A DNA stretch of 64,000 nt, taken from positions 912 through 64,911 of the forward strand of contig DASWKK010000066.1 of assembly GCA_036396655.1 (NCBI GenBank). Direction: 5' to 3'. Both the position numbers and the translations under genes were made by a program. Below, piece after piece: positions 50,988 through 60,004 of the stretch (position 1 is the first letter of the stretch; every line of letters starts with the position of its first letter). Source of the DNA: Acidimicrobiia bacterium. GTDB lineage: Bacteria > Actinomycetota > Acidimicrobiia > Spongiisociales > ZC4RG35. A model generated the notes under the pieces. It had not been told where the DNA came from and did no database searches. It saw nothing but the letters and a program-made list of their open reading frames with translations.

Positions 50988-51929
50988 TCAGGTGCTCGGA
51001 TCGGCCGGCTCGACCCTTCCCCGCCTCATGAGATAGGAGTGCCAGATCACCCGTGCCGCGGCTGCTCGGATGGGTCGCCAGGGCGCGGACAGGAGCTCGA
51101 GCTCTTCCTCGTCCGGCACCGACGACATGCCGAGAACCTCGGCGGCCCCTACCTGGAGGGCGCGATCTCCCACCGGGAAGACATCGGGCAGCCCGAGCGC
51201 CGACAGCAGGTAGGCATCTGCGGTCCACGGCCCGATCCCCTTGATCGCCAGCAGTGCCTGACGTGCTTCGTGGGGTGCCTGCCCTGCCAATCCCGCCAGA
51301 TCCAGCTCGCCGGATCTCACCGCCCGTGCCAACTCCATCAGATAGCCGGCCTTCTGCCGAGTGACGCCGATGCCGCGGAGATCGGCTTCGGTGACCTCAC
51401 TCATCCTCTCGGGATTGATCGTACCGAGAAGGCCGTGAAGTCGTCGGTACATCGCCGCGCCCGACTCGAGAGAGACCTGTTGCTCCAGGATCAACCAGAC
51501 CAGTGTCGGAAATCCCGCCGGCCTGCGCCAGAAGGTGGGTACGCCAAACTCGTCGACTACATCGCGAAATGCCGGTTCCTCCCCAATCAGGAAATGCGCT
51601 GACTCGATGAAGGTGGATTCGTCGAGTCGCTCGACTCGAGGCTCGAGGCTGCCCATCGGAACCGGGCCAAAGGAGGCCGAGTCCTCGACGCCCGCCACAT
51701 GATTGTCGGAAACGACCCAGGCCTGGCCTTCGCCCATGGTGCCCTGCCCGTCGACCCGATCCCCGGGCCCCGCCGCCAGCCGCTTCACCAACCAGAAGTT
51801 GTCGCGTCCCGGGTGGGGGAGAGCCACGACCTCACCTACGAGTGGTGACCGCGACCCGGTGGTGACGAACTCCTCACCGGGGACGAGGGTCGGCCTCATA
51901 GAGTCTTCGACAACACGGAACCTGCGCAT
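50988..51929 (-). CDS. sodX: fusion protein: N-terminal S26-type peptidase domain (NiSOD maturation protease SodX-like) + C-terminal HhH-GPD DNA glycosylase (AlkA-like)
   Basis: N-terminal ~105 aa with SMRPTL (Ser) and WLVKRLAAGPGD (Lys) of signal-peptidase-like fold; C-terminal ~200 aa with HhH motif LLAIKGIGPWTADAYL and catalytic Asp in VFPVGD; single uninterrupted ORF divergent from sodN. Confidence 0.65.
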   Translation of the reverse strand: MRRFRVVEDSMRPTLVPGEEFVTTGSRSPLVGEVVALPHPGRDNFWLVKRLAAGPGDRVDGQGTMGEGQAWVVSDNHVAGVEDSASFGPVPMGSLEPRVERLDESTFIESAHFLIGEEPAFRDVVDEFGVPTFWRRPAGFPTLVWLILEQQVSLESGAAMYRRLHGLLGTINPERMSEVTEADLRGIGVTRQKAGYLMELARAVRSGELDLAGLAGQAPHEARQALLAIKGIGPWTADAYLLSALGLPDVFPVGDRALQVGAAEVLGMSSVPDEEELELLSAPWRPIRAAAARVIWHSYLMRRGRVEPADPST

Positions 51930-51990
51930 GGAAATCGTCCCCGGAGGGTATGGTCGGATGAGTAAATCGACAAAGAACGAAGGAGTGCAA

Positions 51991-52398
51991 ATGCGACAGG
52001 TGATTGTTGCCCATGCCCACTGCGATCTCTTCTGCGGGGTCTACGACCCGGCCCAGGCCAAGATCGAGGCGATGTCGGTGCTCAAGTCGGCCGAGAAGTA
52101 CCAGGGCTCGGACGATGAGGTATTCAGGAGCCGGGCGATCACCATCAAGGAGGAACGCGCCGAACTGGTCAAGCACCACCTGATGGTGCTCTGGGTCGAC
52201 TTCTTCACGGCCGACCATCGCAAGGAGTTCCCCAACCTCGACGATCTCTTCTGGCGTGCCATCCTCCAAGCCGGGAATGCCAAGAAGTCAGTCGATCCCG
52301 AGGACGGGAAGAAGCTGGTTGCCCTGATCGACGAAATCGCCGAGATCTTCTGGCAGACGGAGAAGGCCCAGGGGGCGGGGGTCTACCCGCCTAACTAG
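51991..52398 (+). CDS. sodN: nickel superoxide dismutase precursor
   Basis: Leader MRQVIVAHA followed by Ni-hook HCDLFCGVYDPAQA and conserved NiSOD helices; ATG 51991 with AGGAG upstream; an in-frame ATG at 51958 also possible. Confidence 0.8.
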   Translation: MRQVIVAHAHCDLFCGVYDPAQAKIEAMSVLKSAEKYQGSDDEVFRSRAITIKEERAELVKHHLMVLWVDFFTADHRKEFPNLDDLFWRAILQAGNAKKSVDPEDGKKLVALIDEIAEIFWQTEKAQGAGVYPPN

Positions 52399-52432
52399 TG
52401 GTCTGACGCGACGGGCCACTGGTGGCCGACGA

Positions 52433-52621
52433 CTAGCGGGGTTTCCTGCTCGTCTTCGCCTTGAGTTGGTCGGTGAGACGCTGAGCCCAGAGCAGATCGC
52501 GCGACAAGACGGTGAGACCACCCAAGATGGTGAGGATCCCGGGGCCGGGCAGCACGAGCATGGCGGTGCCTGCACCGAGAAGGGTGAATCCACCCGCCAG
52601 CCGCACCACTCGACTCATCAC
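52433..52621 (-). CDS. PGPGW-motif small transmembrane protein
   Basis: 62 aa, two TM segments with LPGPG motif. Confidence 0.45.
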   Translation of the reverse strand: MMSRVVRLAGGFTLLGAGTAMLVLPGPGILTILGGLTVLSRDLLWAQRLTDQLKAKTSRKPR

Positions 52622-52674
52622 CTTGATGATATCGGCAACCGTTGGGCAAAGCGGAGGAGAAGCTGCCCGGCGGC

Positions 52675-54315
52675 TCAGTCGTCCAGAACGTCAGGCTCCA
52701 GCTTGGCAAAGAGCGGCGTCACCGTGCCCAGATGAGCTCCTCCCGGGACCGGAACACGTTCCCAGCTGGTCACATCGCGCTCGATGCCGAGCATCTCACC
52801 GAGCGGGCCTGTGGTCCAGGGCAGGTAAGGGGAGAGGGCGACCCTGATCCCGGAGATGGCCTGAATGGCAGTCCACAGGATGGTGCCGGCTCGCACGGGG
52901 TCCTGTTTCAGAACGTGCCATGGCTCCTCGGAGTTGAGGTAGGCGTTGACTTCGGAGGCGGCGTCCATCGCAGTTCGTAATCCGGCACGGAGCTCGACCG
53001 CTTCGATATGGCCCGCGGTGGACTGCAACGCCGTGTCCACCGACGCGATCAATGCCTCGTCGGTGGCGGTGAGCGGCCCCGGGGAAGGCACCTGTCCCCC
53101 GTAGTGGCGCTCCGTGATCGAGAGGACACGATTGACCAGATTGCCCCAGGTGGCCACCAGCTCCTCGTTGACACGTCGGATGAGCTCGTCGTCACTGAGA
53201 TCGGTGTCGTTCTGCTCGGGGAGAACCGAGGCGATGGCATAACGAATGGCGTCGGGCTCGAGACGCTCGGCATACCAGCCGATGGGCAATCCAACACCCT
53301 GAGATCTCGACGCCTTCATCCCCTTGAAGGTGATGTACTGGTTGGCGGGGACGTCGGTCGGCAGGTTGAGCCCACCGTATCCCATCAGCATCGCCGGCCA
53401 GATCACTGCGTGAAACGGAATGTTGTCTTTGCCCACGAAGTAGTAGGACTCGGCTTCGGGATCCTCCCACCATCGCTTCCAGGCGTCGCGATCCCCGGTT
53501 GAGGCGGCCCACTCCTTGGCCGCGCTCAGATAGCCAATGACGGCGTCGAACCACACGTAGATGCGCTTTCCCGGCCCGAGGTCGTCCACCGGGAGTTCCA
53601 CTCCCCACTCGATGTCTCTGGTGATCGCCCGCTCCGGCATCCCCTCGTCGATCATTCCCAGTGCCCAGTTCTTCACGTGACGACGCCAGGTGGTCTTAGA
53701 TTCGAGCCAATTGCGGAGATCGTCCGCGAATGCGGGCAGCTTGAAGAAGTAGTGCTCGGTCTCCCTGAGCACCGGTGTGGCGCCGGTGAGACGGGACCGG
53801 GGGTCGATCAGGTCGATGGCGTCGAGAGTCCGCCCGCAGTTCTCGCACTGATCCCCCCTGGCCTGGGTGTACCCGCAGTGGGGGCAGGTCCCCTCCACGT
53901 AGCGGTCGGGGAGAAAACGCTCCGCCTCCGGGTCGAAGTACTGGGGGGTGGTCGACTTCACCAGGTACCCCTTCTCCAGGAGCCGGAGGAAGACATCCTG
54001 TGTCACCGCGGCGTGGTTCCCGGTCATGGTGGTGGTGAAAAGGTCGAACGAGATGCCGAGCGAGTTCCAATAACCGAGGATCTCGGGGTGGTACTTCTCG
54101 ACCACGTTGCGGGGACTGATCCCCTCTTCGTCGGCCTTGACCGTTATCGGAGTCCCATGGGCGTCGGATCCGGAGACCATGAGTACGTCATTGCCGGCGA
54201 TGCGGTGGTAGCGGGCGAAGATGTCGGCGGGCAGATAGGCCCCGCCCAGGTGCCCGAGATGGAGCGAGCCCGACGCATAGGGCCAGGCCACCGCGACCAG
54301 TATTCGACGACTCAT
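52675..54315 (-). CDS. metG: methionine--tRNA ligase
   Basis: HIGH-type motif YASGSLHLGHL and KMSKS-like FKGMKASRSQG; zinc knuckle CPHCGY...CENCG. Confidence 0.9.
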   Translation of the reverse strand: MSRRILVAVAWPYASGSLHLGHLGGAYLPADIFARYHRIAGNDVLMVSGSDAHGTPITVKADEEGISPRNVVEKYHPEILGYWNSLGISFDLFTTTMTGNHAAVTQDVFLRLLEKGYLVKSTTPQYFDPEAERFLPDRYVEGTCPHCGYTQARGDQCENCGRTLDAIDLIDPRSRLTGATPVLRETEHYFFKLPAFADDLRNWLESKTTWRRHVKNWALGMIDEGMPERAITRDIEWGVELPVDDLGPGKRIYVWFDAVIGYLSAAKEWAASTGDRDAWKRWWEDPEAESYYFVGKDNIPFHAVIWPAMLMGYGGLNLPTDVPANQYITFKGMKASRSQGVGLPIGWYAERLEPDAIRYAIASVLPEQNDTDLSDDELIRRVNEELVATWGNLVNRVLSITERHYGGQVPSPGPLTATDEALIASVDTALQSTAGHIEAVELRAGLRTAMDAASEVNAYLNSEEPWHVLKQDPVRAGTILWTAIQAISGIRVALSPYLPWTTGPLGEMLGIERDVTSWERVPVPGGAHLGTVTPLFAKLEPDVLDD

Positions 54316-54345
54316 AGCCCCACGAGAGTAAACCTCAAGCTGGGC

Positions 54346-55272
54346 TCATCGGGCCGTATTGACCCCGGCGACAGGCACATGGCGGCTGGAACGCTCGATC
54401 AGGACCACTCCACCGATGATGAGCACCGCACCGACGACGATGGCGACCGTCAGTCGCTCTCCCAGGAAGATCAAGGCCAGCGTCACCGCGATGACCGGGA
54501 CCACGTAGCCCGCAACGGCGAGCCGGGAGGCGAGGTTTACCTGGGCTGCGATCAGAAAGGCAGTGAACGGAACGGCGGTGGCCAGGACCCCAAGGGCGAT
54601 GAGGAGGGCCCACTGCGATGTGTCGATCGATGAGAGTGCGGTGGTGTCGAGGAAGGGCATCGCCAGCAGGCCGAGGCCAGTGGCGCTGGCAAACTGGGGG
54701 ATCACCAAACCGTCGCCTCCGACATCGAGGGCGAAGCGGCGGCTCAGAGCCCCTCCGACACCGGCGAAGCAGACGGCGATCAACGACAGGCCGACACCCC
54801 GCCACAAGTTGCCTACACCGTCCATGGATCCACCCCCCACCCCCACCAGGACCCCGGTGCCGACGAGAGCGACGAGCAGACCCGGCATCGACTGGGGGTT
54901 GAACCGCTCGTCAACGACCAAGAAGTGCGCTCCTCCCACCGTTGCCGCGGGAATCAGAGCCACCAGGAGCCCGCCCAGGCTCACCGGAAGATCCTCCAGC
55001 CCCATGGTGAACAGGGTGTTGGGCAGCGCCAGGGCCACTCCGCCGAGAATGAATCCCCTCACCCAGTGACGAGGATCGAGTCCCCGGAATCTCTTCCAGA
55101 ACCGGGAGACGAAAACAAGCACGACTAGAGCGATGCCGAAGCGCATCGGGACCACGGTGAACGTCGACACCCCGCTGCCGAGGAGAGCCCGGGTGAGGAC
55201 CGCCGCCGATCCCCACCCGAGGATGGCAGCCACGAGCGGGGTCCACGGATTCATGCCGGGGCGACGGTACAA
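54346..55272 (-). CDS. DMT superfamily transporter (EamA-like, 10 TM)
   Basis: Two EamA-like halves, uniformly hydrophobic. Confidence 0.7.
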   Translation of the reverse strand: MYRRPGMNPWTPLVAAILGWGSAAVLTRALLGSGVSTFTVVPMRFGIALVVLVFVSRFWKRFRGLDPRHWVRGFILGGVALALPNTLFTMGLEDLPVSLGGLLVALIPAATVGGAHFLVVDERFNPQSMPGLLVALVGTGVLVGVGGGSMDGVGNLWRGVGLSLIAVCFAGVGGALSRRFALDVGGDGLVIPQFASATGLGLLAMPFLDTTALSSIDTSQWALLIALGVLATAVPFTAFLIAAQVNLASRLAVAGYVVPVIAVTLALIFLGERLTVAIVVGAVLIIGGVVLIERSSRHVPVAGVNTAR

Positions 55273-55328
55273 GACGGCACCAAGTTGGGCCTAAAAGAAC
55301 AGCCGCGGAATGCCGATAACCTGACTCT

Positions 55329-56435
55329 ATGACCAATCGTCTGCTCTCCCTCACCGCTGCGCTGATGCTGATTGTGGCTGCCTGCGGTGGGACAACCGAA
55401 GGCACCACCACCACCGGATCCGACACCACCACCACCACCCAGACCGAGACCACGGTCGCGGCCGAGACTCCCCAAGGTGTCCTGCTCTCCTACTCCCTGG
55501 CCGCCGGCGACGAGTACAGCTACGAAGTGGACCTCGATCAGCACATCGAGGTGAGCGCGTCGGGTGACGCCTCGTTGATGGGAGACGAGGAGATGCCGGG
55601 CAATGCCGTGGTGGACCTGACCGGGTCCGCGACCTTCACCCACGTCGTGTCCGACGGGCCCGAGCCGGGCACATATGAGATTCACATAACCGGAGAATTC
55701 GCCGACGTGACGGTCACAGGCACCGTGGACGGCGAGCCCGTGGACTCCGACGAAGCACCCGACTTCGCCGCCCTGGATCCGATCGACCTGACCATCGTCG
55801 TCGACGAGCAAGGCAAACTCATCCAGGAGGAAGGCGACATCGATGATCCCCTTGGTGGGCTCTTTGGAGATCTGGGTGCCTTGGGTAGCACCAGTCCCGC
55901 TCCCGGTCTCGACCCGGGCCAGTTCTTCGGTCCGTTGCTGTCAGACGACGAGGTCACCGTTGGAGATACCTGGTCGGAAGACATCGAGACGCCCGGCTTG
56001 TCCGAAGACAGCTCGATCGTGACCAGCATCACCAGCACGGTCACGGATCTCGAGAACCTCGACGGGACTGAGGTGTTCGTCATCGAGAGCCAGACTTCGA
56101 CCTCGCGCATCGAGCTCGATTTGGGTGAGTTCTTCGCCGGCATGTTCGGGGCGTTCCTGCCCGAGGGGACCACTGAGGCAGAGTCGGCCGAGTTCGAGGA
56201 GATGCTCGCCCAACTCAAATTCGTGATGACCATCGACGACACCACATCCGACAGCAAGACCTGGTTCGACGCCGGGGCCGGAGTTGCCCGGCAATCGGAA
56301 GTCACCGCCGGCACCATCATCACCATGGAGTTGAACATGCCTGACGAAGACACCGGCGAGATGGTCGGCTTCGATATGGACATGGCCCTCGATCAGGTCA
56401 TCACTTATCGGTTGATCTCCGGGCCCACCGCCTGA
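55329..56435 (+). CDS. acidic hypothetical lipoprotein with Thr-rich linker
   Basis: Signal peptide with lipobox IVAACG, poly-Thr spacer, Asp/Glu-rich body. Confidence 0.55.
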   Translation: MTNRLLSLTAALMLIVAACGGTTEGTTTTGSDTTTTTQTETTVAAETPQGVLLSYSLAAGDEYSYEVDLDQHIEVSASGDASLMGDEEMPGNAVVDLTGSATFTHVVSDGPEPGTYEIHITGEFADVTVTGTVDGEPVDSDEAPDFAALDPIDLTIVVDEQGKLIQEEGDIDDPLGGLFGDLGALGSTSPAPGLDPGQFFGPLLSDDEVTVGDTWSEDIETPGLSEDSSIVTSITSTVTDLENLDGTEVFVIESQTSTSRIELDLGEFFAGMFGAFLPEGTTEAESAEFEEMLAQLKFVMTIDDTTSDSKTWFDAGAGVARQSEVTAGTIITMELNMPDEDTGEMVGFDMDMALDQVITYRLISGPTA

Positions 56436-56436
56436 G

Positions 56437-57174
56437 TCACTTCTTGCGGCGGAGACCGGAGAGGGCGCTCCGCCACAAGTAGGCGGTGAAGCTGGGGATC
56501 GCCTCTTGGTCCCGGTGGAACTGGTCGCCGACCGAAGCGGTCGTTTCGTCTCTCTGCGGTGCCTCGATCGAGTGTTCCCCCGCGGCGCGCATCTCAGCCA
56601 ATCGCTCTCTGAGGAAGACCGCCTCGGTCTCGGCCCGCGCCGCCCTCTCACGGGCCTCAGCCAGCTGCTGACCTGCCTCGTGGAGGTTGCCCAGTTGGAG
56701 CAGCATCTTGTCCCAGGCAGCGATGGGAACGATCATCGTGCCGGGAGGGGGAGTCATCTCGGAGGCTGGCTTCGATGTGACCACGCCGCGCGCCGAGGCC
56801 GTCTCGCGTGGCGGCCCTGCTGGCACGCTCTCCCGTCCCACCTGCGTGGCCCGCGCCCGCACTCCATCCAGGGTGACCAGCCGGCGAGACCCGGTCGGTG
56901 TCTCGTCCAGGATGCTTGGGATGCGGTCTTTGCTGGCCCACTTTCGCAGTGTGGCAATGGGGATCCCGGTTGCCGCACTCGCTTGGCGAAGAGTCAGCCA
57001 ATCCTGGCCCGAAACATGGAGGTCCCCGGCTTGGTCTGGACCGCTGGCGTTCGAGGATGGCTGGCGGGCGGGTGGTGGCGTTGTCGGGGTGCGAAGCGCC
57101 TCGGTCTCCCATAGAAACGCAGCATCCTGATCAGCCATGTCGTCATCATAAGAACTCTCTGCCGGCGAGATCAT
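56437..57174 (-). CDS. helix-turn-helix (MerR/excisionase-like HTH_17) DNA-binding protein with C-terminal coiled coil
   Basis: WLTLRQASAATGIPIATLRKWASKDRIP HTH; divergent from the BMC locus. Confidence 0.5.
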   Translation of the reverse strand: MISPAESSYDDDMADQDAAFLWETEALRTPTTPPPARQPSSNASGPDQAGDLHVSGQDWLTLRQASAATGIPIATLRKWASKDRIPSILDETPTGSRRLVTLDGVRARATQVGRESVPAGPPRETASARGVVTSKPASEMTPPPGTMIVPIAAWDKMLLQLGNLHEAGQQLAEARERAARAETEAVFLRERLAEMRAAGEHSIEAPQRDETTASVGDQFHRDQEAIPSFTAYLWRSALSGLRRKK

Positions 57175-57229
57175 GGGCCGTCACCCATGTTCCTAGGATG
57201 GGCCGGGTGAGGAGGCCGCAACCAGCCAC

Positions 57230-57859
57230 ATGACATCGCCCGTCGGCCCGACATCCCCGACCGAACAAGAAGTCCGAACACTGGTCGAGAGTGTGCTCGA
57301 CGGAGTCCTGGGCTCCGACTCCGACCGGCCCGGGCCGGATCCCGCCCCGCCGACCCCGGCCGGGGCCGACGAGGGAGTGCCGAAGGCAACTATCGCGGTG
57401 GGATCCGACCACGGCGGCTACCCGCTCAAGGAGAGGCTGGCATTCAAGCTCCGAGAGACCGGCTACGAGATCGTCGATTGCGGGACGGACTCACACGACG
57501 CAGTCGACTATCCCGACTTTGCCCACGCAGTAGCCCGAGAGGTCAGCTCCGGGTCCTGTCGTTACGGCATCGTGGTGGACGGAGCCGGAATCGGTTCGGC
57601 CATGGTGGCCAATAAGGTGCCGGGAGTGCGCGCCGCCTTGTGTTACGACCTGTCGTCGGCCCGTAACAGCCGAGAGCACAACCATGCCAACGTGTTGACT
57701 CTGGGGGCCGGGTTGATCGGGGAGGCTCTCGCATGGCAGATCGTCGAGGAGTGGCTCTCTGTCGATTGGGGTGGTGGTCGACACGCTCGCCGGGTTGCCA
57801 AGATCGACGAGGTGGAACGGCAATACTCCGGATCCGGCGTGAGTCAGGATCACCGATGA
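57230..57859 (+). CDS. rpiB: ribose-5-phosphate isomerase B family sugar-phosphate isomerase with ~55-aa N-terminal extension (amphipathic helix plus Pro-rich linker; putative encapsulation peptide)
   Basis: Core [17 protein letters not shown]...[17 protein letters not shown]...; extension [17 protein letters not shown] followed by [21 protein letters not shown]. Confidence 0.8.
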   Translation: MTSPVGPTSPTEQEVRTLVESVLDGVLGSDSDRPGPDPAPPTPAGADEGVPKATIAVGSDHGGYPLKERLAFKLRETGYEIVDCGTDSHDAVDYPDFAHAVAREVSSGSCRYGIVVDGAGIGSAMVANKVPGVRAALCYDLSSARNSREHNHANVLTLGAGLIGEALAWQIVEEWLSVDWGGGRHARRVAKIDEVERQYSGSGVSQDHR

Positions 57860-58689
57860 ATCGCGATGCGTTGGTCGAGGCGGTGACTCGGGAGGTGATC
57901 GCTGCTCTCTCGACTCGCTACGACGTGTGTGACACCGGCGAGAAGGTGCGCGAGGTCGTGGCCAACGGGGTCGACCGCGTCGCCTTTCACGGCGAGGCGG
58001 CCGAGGTGCCCCTGGACATGGCTCGATACATCGATCACACCCTGCTCAAGCCCGAGGCAACGGCCGCCGAGATCGACCAGCTTTGTCGCGAGGCCGCGCA
58101 GTACCGCTTCGCCTCGGTTTGCATCAATCCGACATGGGTCAAGCGCGCGGCGGAGAATCTTCGGGGCACAGCGGTCCCGGTATGCACCGTGATCGGCTTT
58201 CCCCTCGGTGCCGGCACATCGGAGATCAAAGCGATGGAAGCGCGGAGGGCACTCCGTGACGGCGCACGGGAAGTCGACATGGTGCTCAACATCGGGGCGT
58301 TGAAGTCGGGTGACCATGACCTGGTGCTGAAGGACATCGAGAAGGTGGTCGATGCCGCCCACGAGGTAGGTGCATTGTGCAAAGTCATCCTCGAGACCGC
58401 CCTGCTCACCGACGAGGAGAAAGTGGTCGCGTCGGCTCTCGCCAAGAAGGCCAAAGCGGACTTCGTCAAGACGTCGACCGGGTTCGGCCCGGGAGGCGCA
58501 ACCGTCTATGACGTGGCCCTGATGCGGGAGACGGTCGGGCCCGAGATGGGAGTGAAAGCCTCGGGTGGGGTTCGCACCACCGATGACGCGGAGGACATGA
58601 TCGCTGCCGGTGCTACCAGAATCGGTGCATCGGCCGGGATCGAGATCGTAGGCGGCAAGGATGGAGGACAAGGTGACGAGAGGTATTGA
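57856..58689 (+). CDS. deoC: deoxyribose-phosphate aldolase with N-terminal amphipathic extension (putative encapsulation peptide)
   Basis: [20 protein letters not shown], Schiff-base lysine block [10 protein letters not shown]; N-terminus [19 protein letters not shown] precedes the aldolase core; ATGA overlap with rpiB. Confidence 0.85.
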   Translation: MNRDALVEAVTREVIAALSTRYDVCDTGEKVREVVANGVDRVAFHGEAAEVPLDMARYIDHTLLKPEATAAEIDQLCREAAQYRFASVCINPTWVKRAAENLRGTAVPVCTVIGFPLGAGTSEIKAMEARRALRDGAREVDMVLNIGALKSGDHDLVLKDIEKVVDAAHEVGALCKVILETALLTDEEKVVASALAKKAKADFVKTSTGFGPGGATVYDVALMRETVGPEMGVKASGGVRTTDDAEDMIAAGATRIGASAGIEIVGGKDGGQGDERY

Positions 58690-59302
58690 GCTGAGGTCGT
58701 TTGCGTTCCTGGACAGCCTCCAGCCGCAATACGCAGCGTTTCTCGGGACGGTGGCCCAGGGATTCCTCCCGCTGGCCAGCGACTCGTCCCTCTGGGTGGA
58801 AGTGGCTCCAGGTATCGAGATCAACCGTCTGACAGACGTGGCTCTGAAGGCGACGTCGGTCAAGCCGGGTCTTCAGATCATCGAGCGCTTCTACGGCGTG
58901 CTCGAGGTTCACTCACCGGATCAGGCCGAGACCAGAGCCGCTGGGGCGGCCATCCTCGACGGCATCGAGCTGACCGAGCACGACCGGATCAAGCCGCGGA
59001 TCTTGTCGTCCCAGATCATTCGCAGACTCGACGACCATCACGCTCAGCTCATCAACCGGACGCGACACGGTCAAATGATCATCCCGGGTCAGACCCTGTA
59101 TGTCCTCGAATGCGAGCCGGCCGCATATGCGTCACTTGCTGCCAACGAGGCGGAGAAGGCAGCTGAGATCAATGTCCTCGAGGTGCGAAGCTTCGGCTCG
59201 ATGGGCCGGGTGTATCTGGGCGGGGAGGAGCAGGACATCGATGTCGGGTGGCAGGCAGCGGTGGGCGCCCTGGAAGGGCTCACCGGCCGTGATGCCGGCT
59301 GA
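58661..59302 (+). CDS. BMC shell protein, tandem permuted BMC domains (BMC-T, EutL/PduB-like)
   Basis: Two ~100-aa halves each with a permuted-BMC pattern ([31 protein letters not shown]; second half [26 protein letters not shown]); start ATG 58661 or GTG 58676 (GGAGGA upstream). Confidence 0.6.
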   Translation: MEDKVTRGIELRSFAFLDSLQPQYAAFLGTVAQGFLPLASDSSLWVEVAPGIEINRLTDVALKATSVKPGLQIIERFYGVLEVHSPDQAETRAAGAAILDGIELTEHDRIKPRILSSQIIRRLDDHHAQLINRTRHGQMIIPGQTLYVLECEPAAYASLAANEAEKAAEINVLEVRSFGSMGRVYLGGEEQDIDVGWQAAVGALEGLTGRDAG

Positions 59303-59351
59303 GAGAGGATCTGCTTGAGTCAACGACTAAGACAACGAAAGGAGGAGCTTC

Positions 59352-59654
59352 ATGGCTGAGGCTCTTGGCATGATCGAAACTCGAAGCTTCTCGGCGATGG
59401 TCGAGGCGGCAGATGCGATGGTGAAAGCCGCCAAGGTGGAGCTAGTGGGCATGGAGAAGACCGGTGGTGGATATGTGACCGCCGTCGTGCGTGGCGATGT
59501 GGCCGCGGTCAAGGCTGCCGTCGACGCCGGTGTCCGGGGAGCGGAGAAGGTGGGTGAGGTCGTCTCGACCCATGTCATCGCACGCCCACACGTCAACATC
59601 GACCTGGTTCTGCCGCTCGGTCGCCAGGATCAGGCGCAAGACGATCTCGGTTGA
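59352..59654 (+). CDS. BMC shell hexamer protein (BMC-H, PduA/EutM/CcmK-like)
   Basis: [55 protein letters not shown], canonical PF00936 sequence; strong AGGAGG Shine-Dalgarno. Confidence 0.9.
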   Translation: MAEALGMIETRSFSAMVEAADAMVKAAKVELVGMEKTGGGYVTAVVRGDVAAVKAAVDAGVRGAEKVGEVVSTHVIARPHVNIDLVLPLGRQDQAQDDLG

Positions 59655-59690
59655 CCCACCCATCCGTCGTGGGAGACAGGAGATAGGACC

Positions 59691-60002
59691 GTGCATCTAG
59701 GCAGGGTCGCCGGGACGCTTGTCGCCAGTCGCAAGGAACCCCTCATGGAGGGGATGGTGTTCCTCGTCGTGCGCCAACTCGACTCAGAGAACGCCGAGAC
59801 GGGGAGCTATGTGGTGGCGGTCGACACGGTCGGTGCCGGTGTCGGCGAAGTGGTGCTCTACGCCTCGGGCAGCTCGGCGCGTCAAACGGAATCGACGCGC
59901 GACCGACCGGTGGATGCGGTGATCATGGCCATCGTCGACTCCTGGGATGTCGGGGGAGAGGTCCGGTACCACAAGGGTGACGAAGAGGCGTCGAGCAGGT
60001 AG
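59691..60002 (+). CDS. BMC vertex pentamer protein (BMC-P, EutN/CcmL family) paralog 1
   Basis: [31 protein letters not shown]...[17 protein letters not shown] pattern of EutN/CcmL; GTG start with AGGAGA. Confidence 0.8.
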   Translation: MHLGRVAGTLVASRKEPLMEGMVFLVVRQLDSENAETGSYVVAVDTVGAGVGEVVLYASGSSARQTESTRDRPVDAVIMAIVDSWDVGGEVRYHKGDEEASSR

Positions 60003-60004
60003 CG

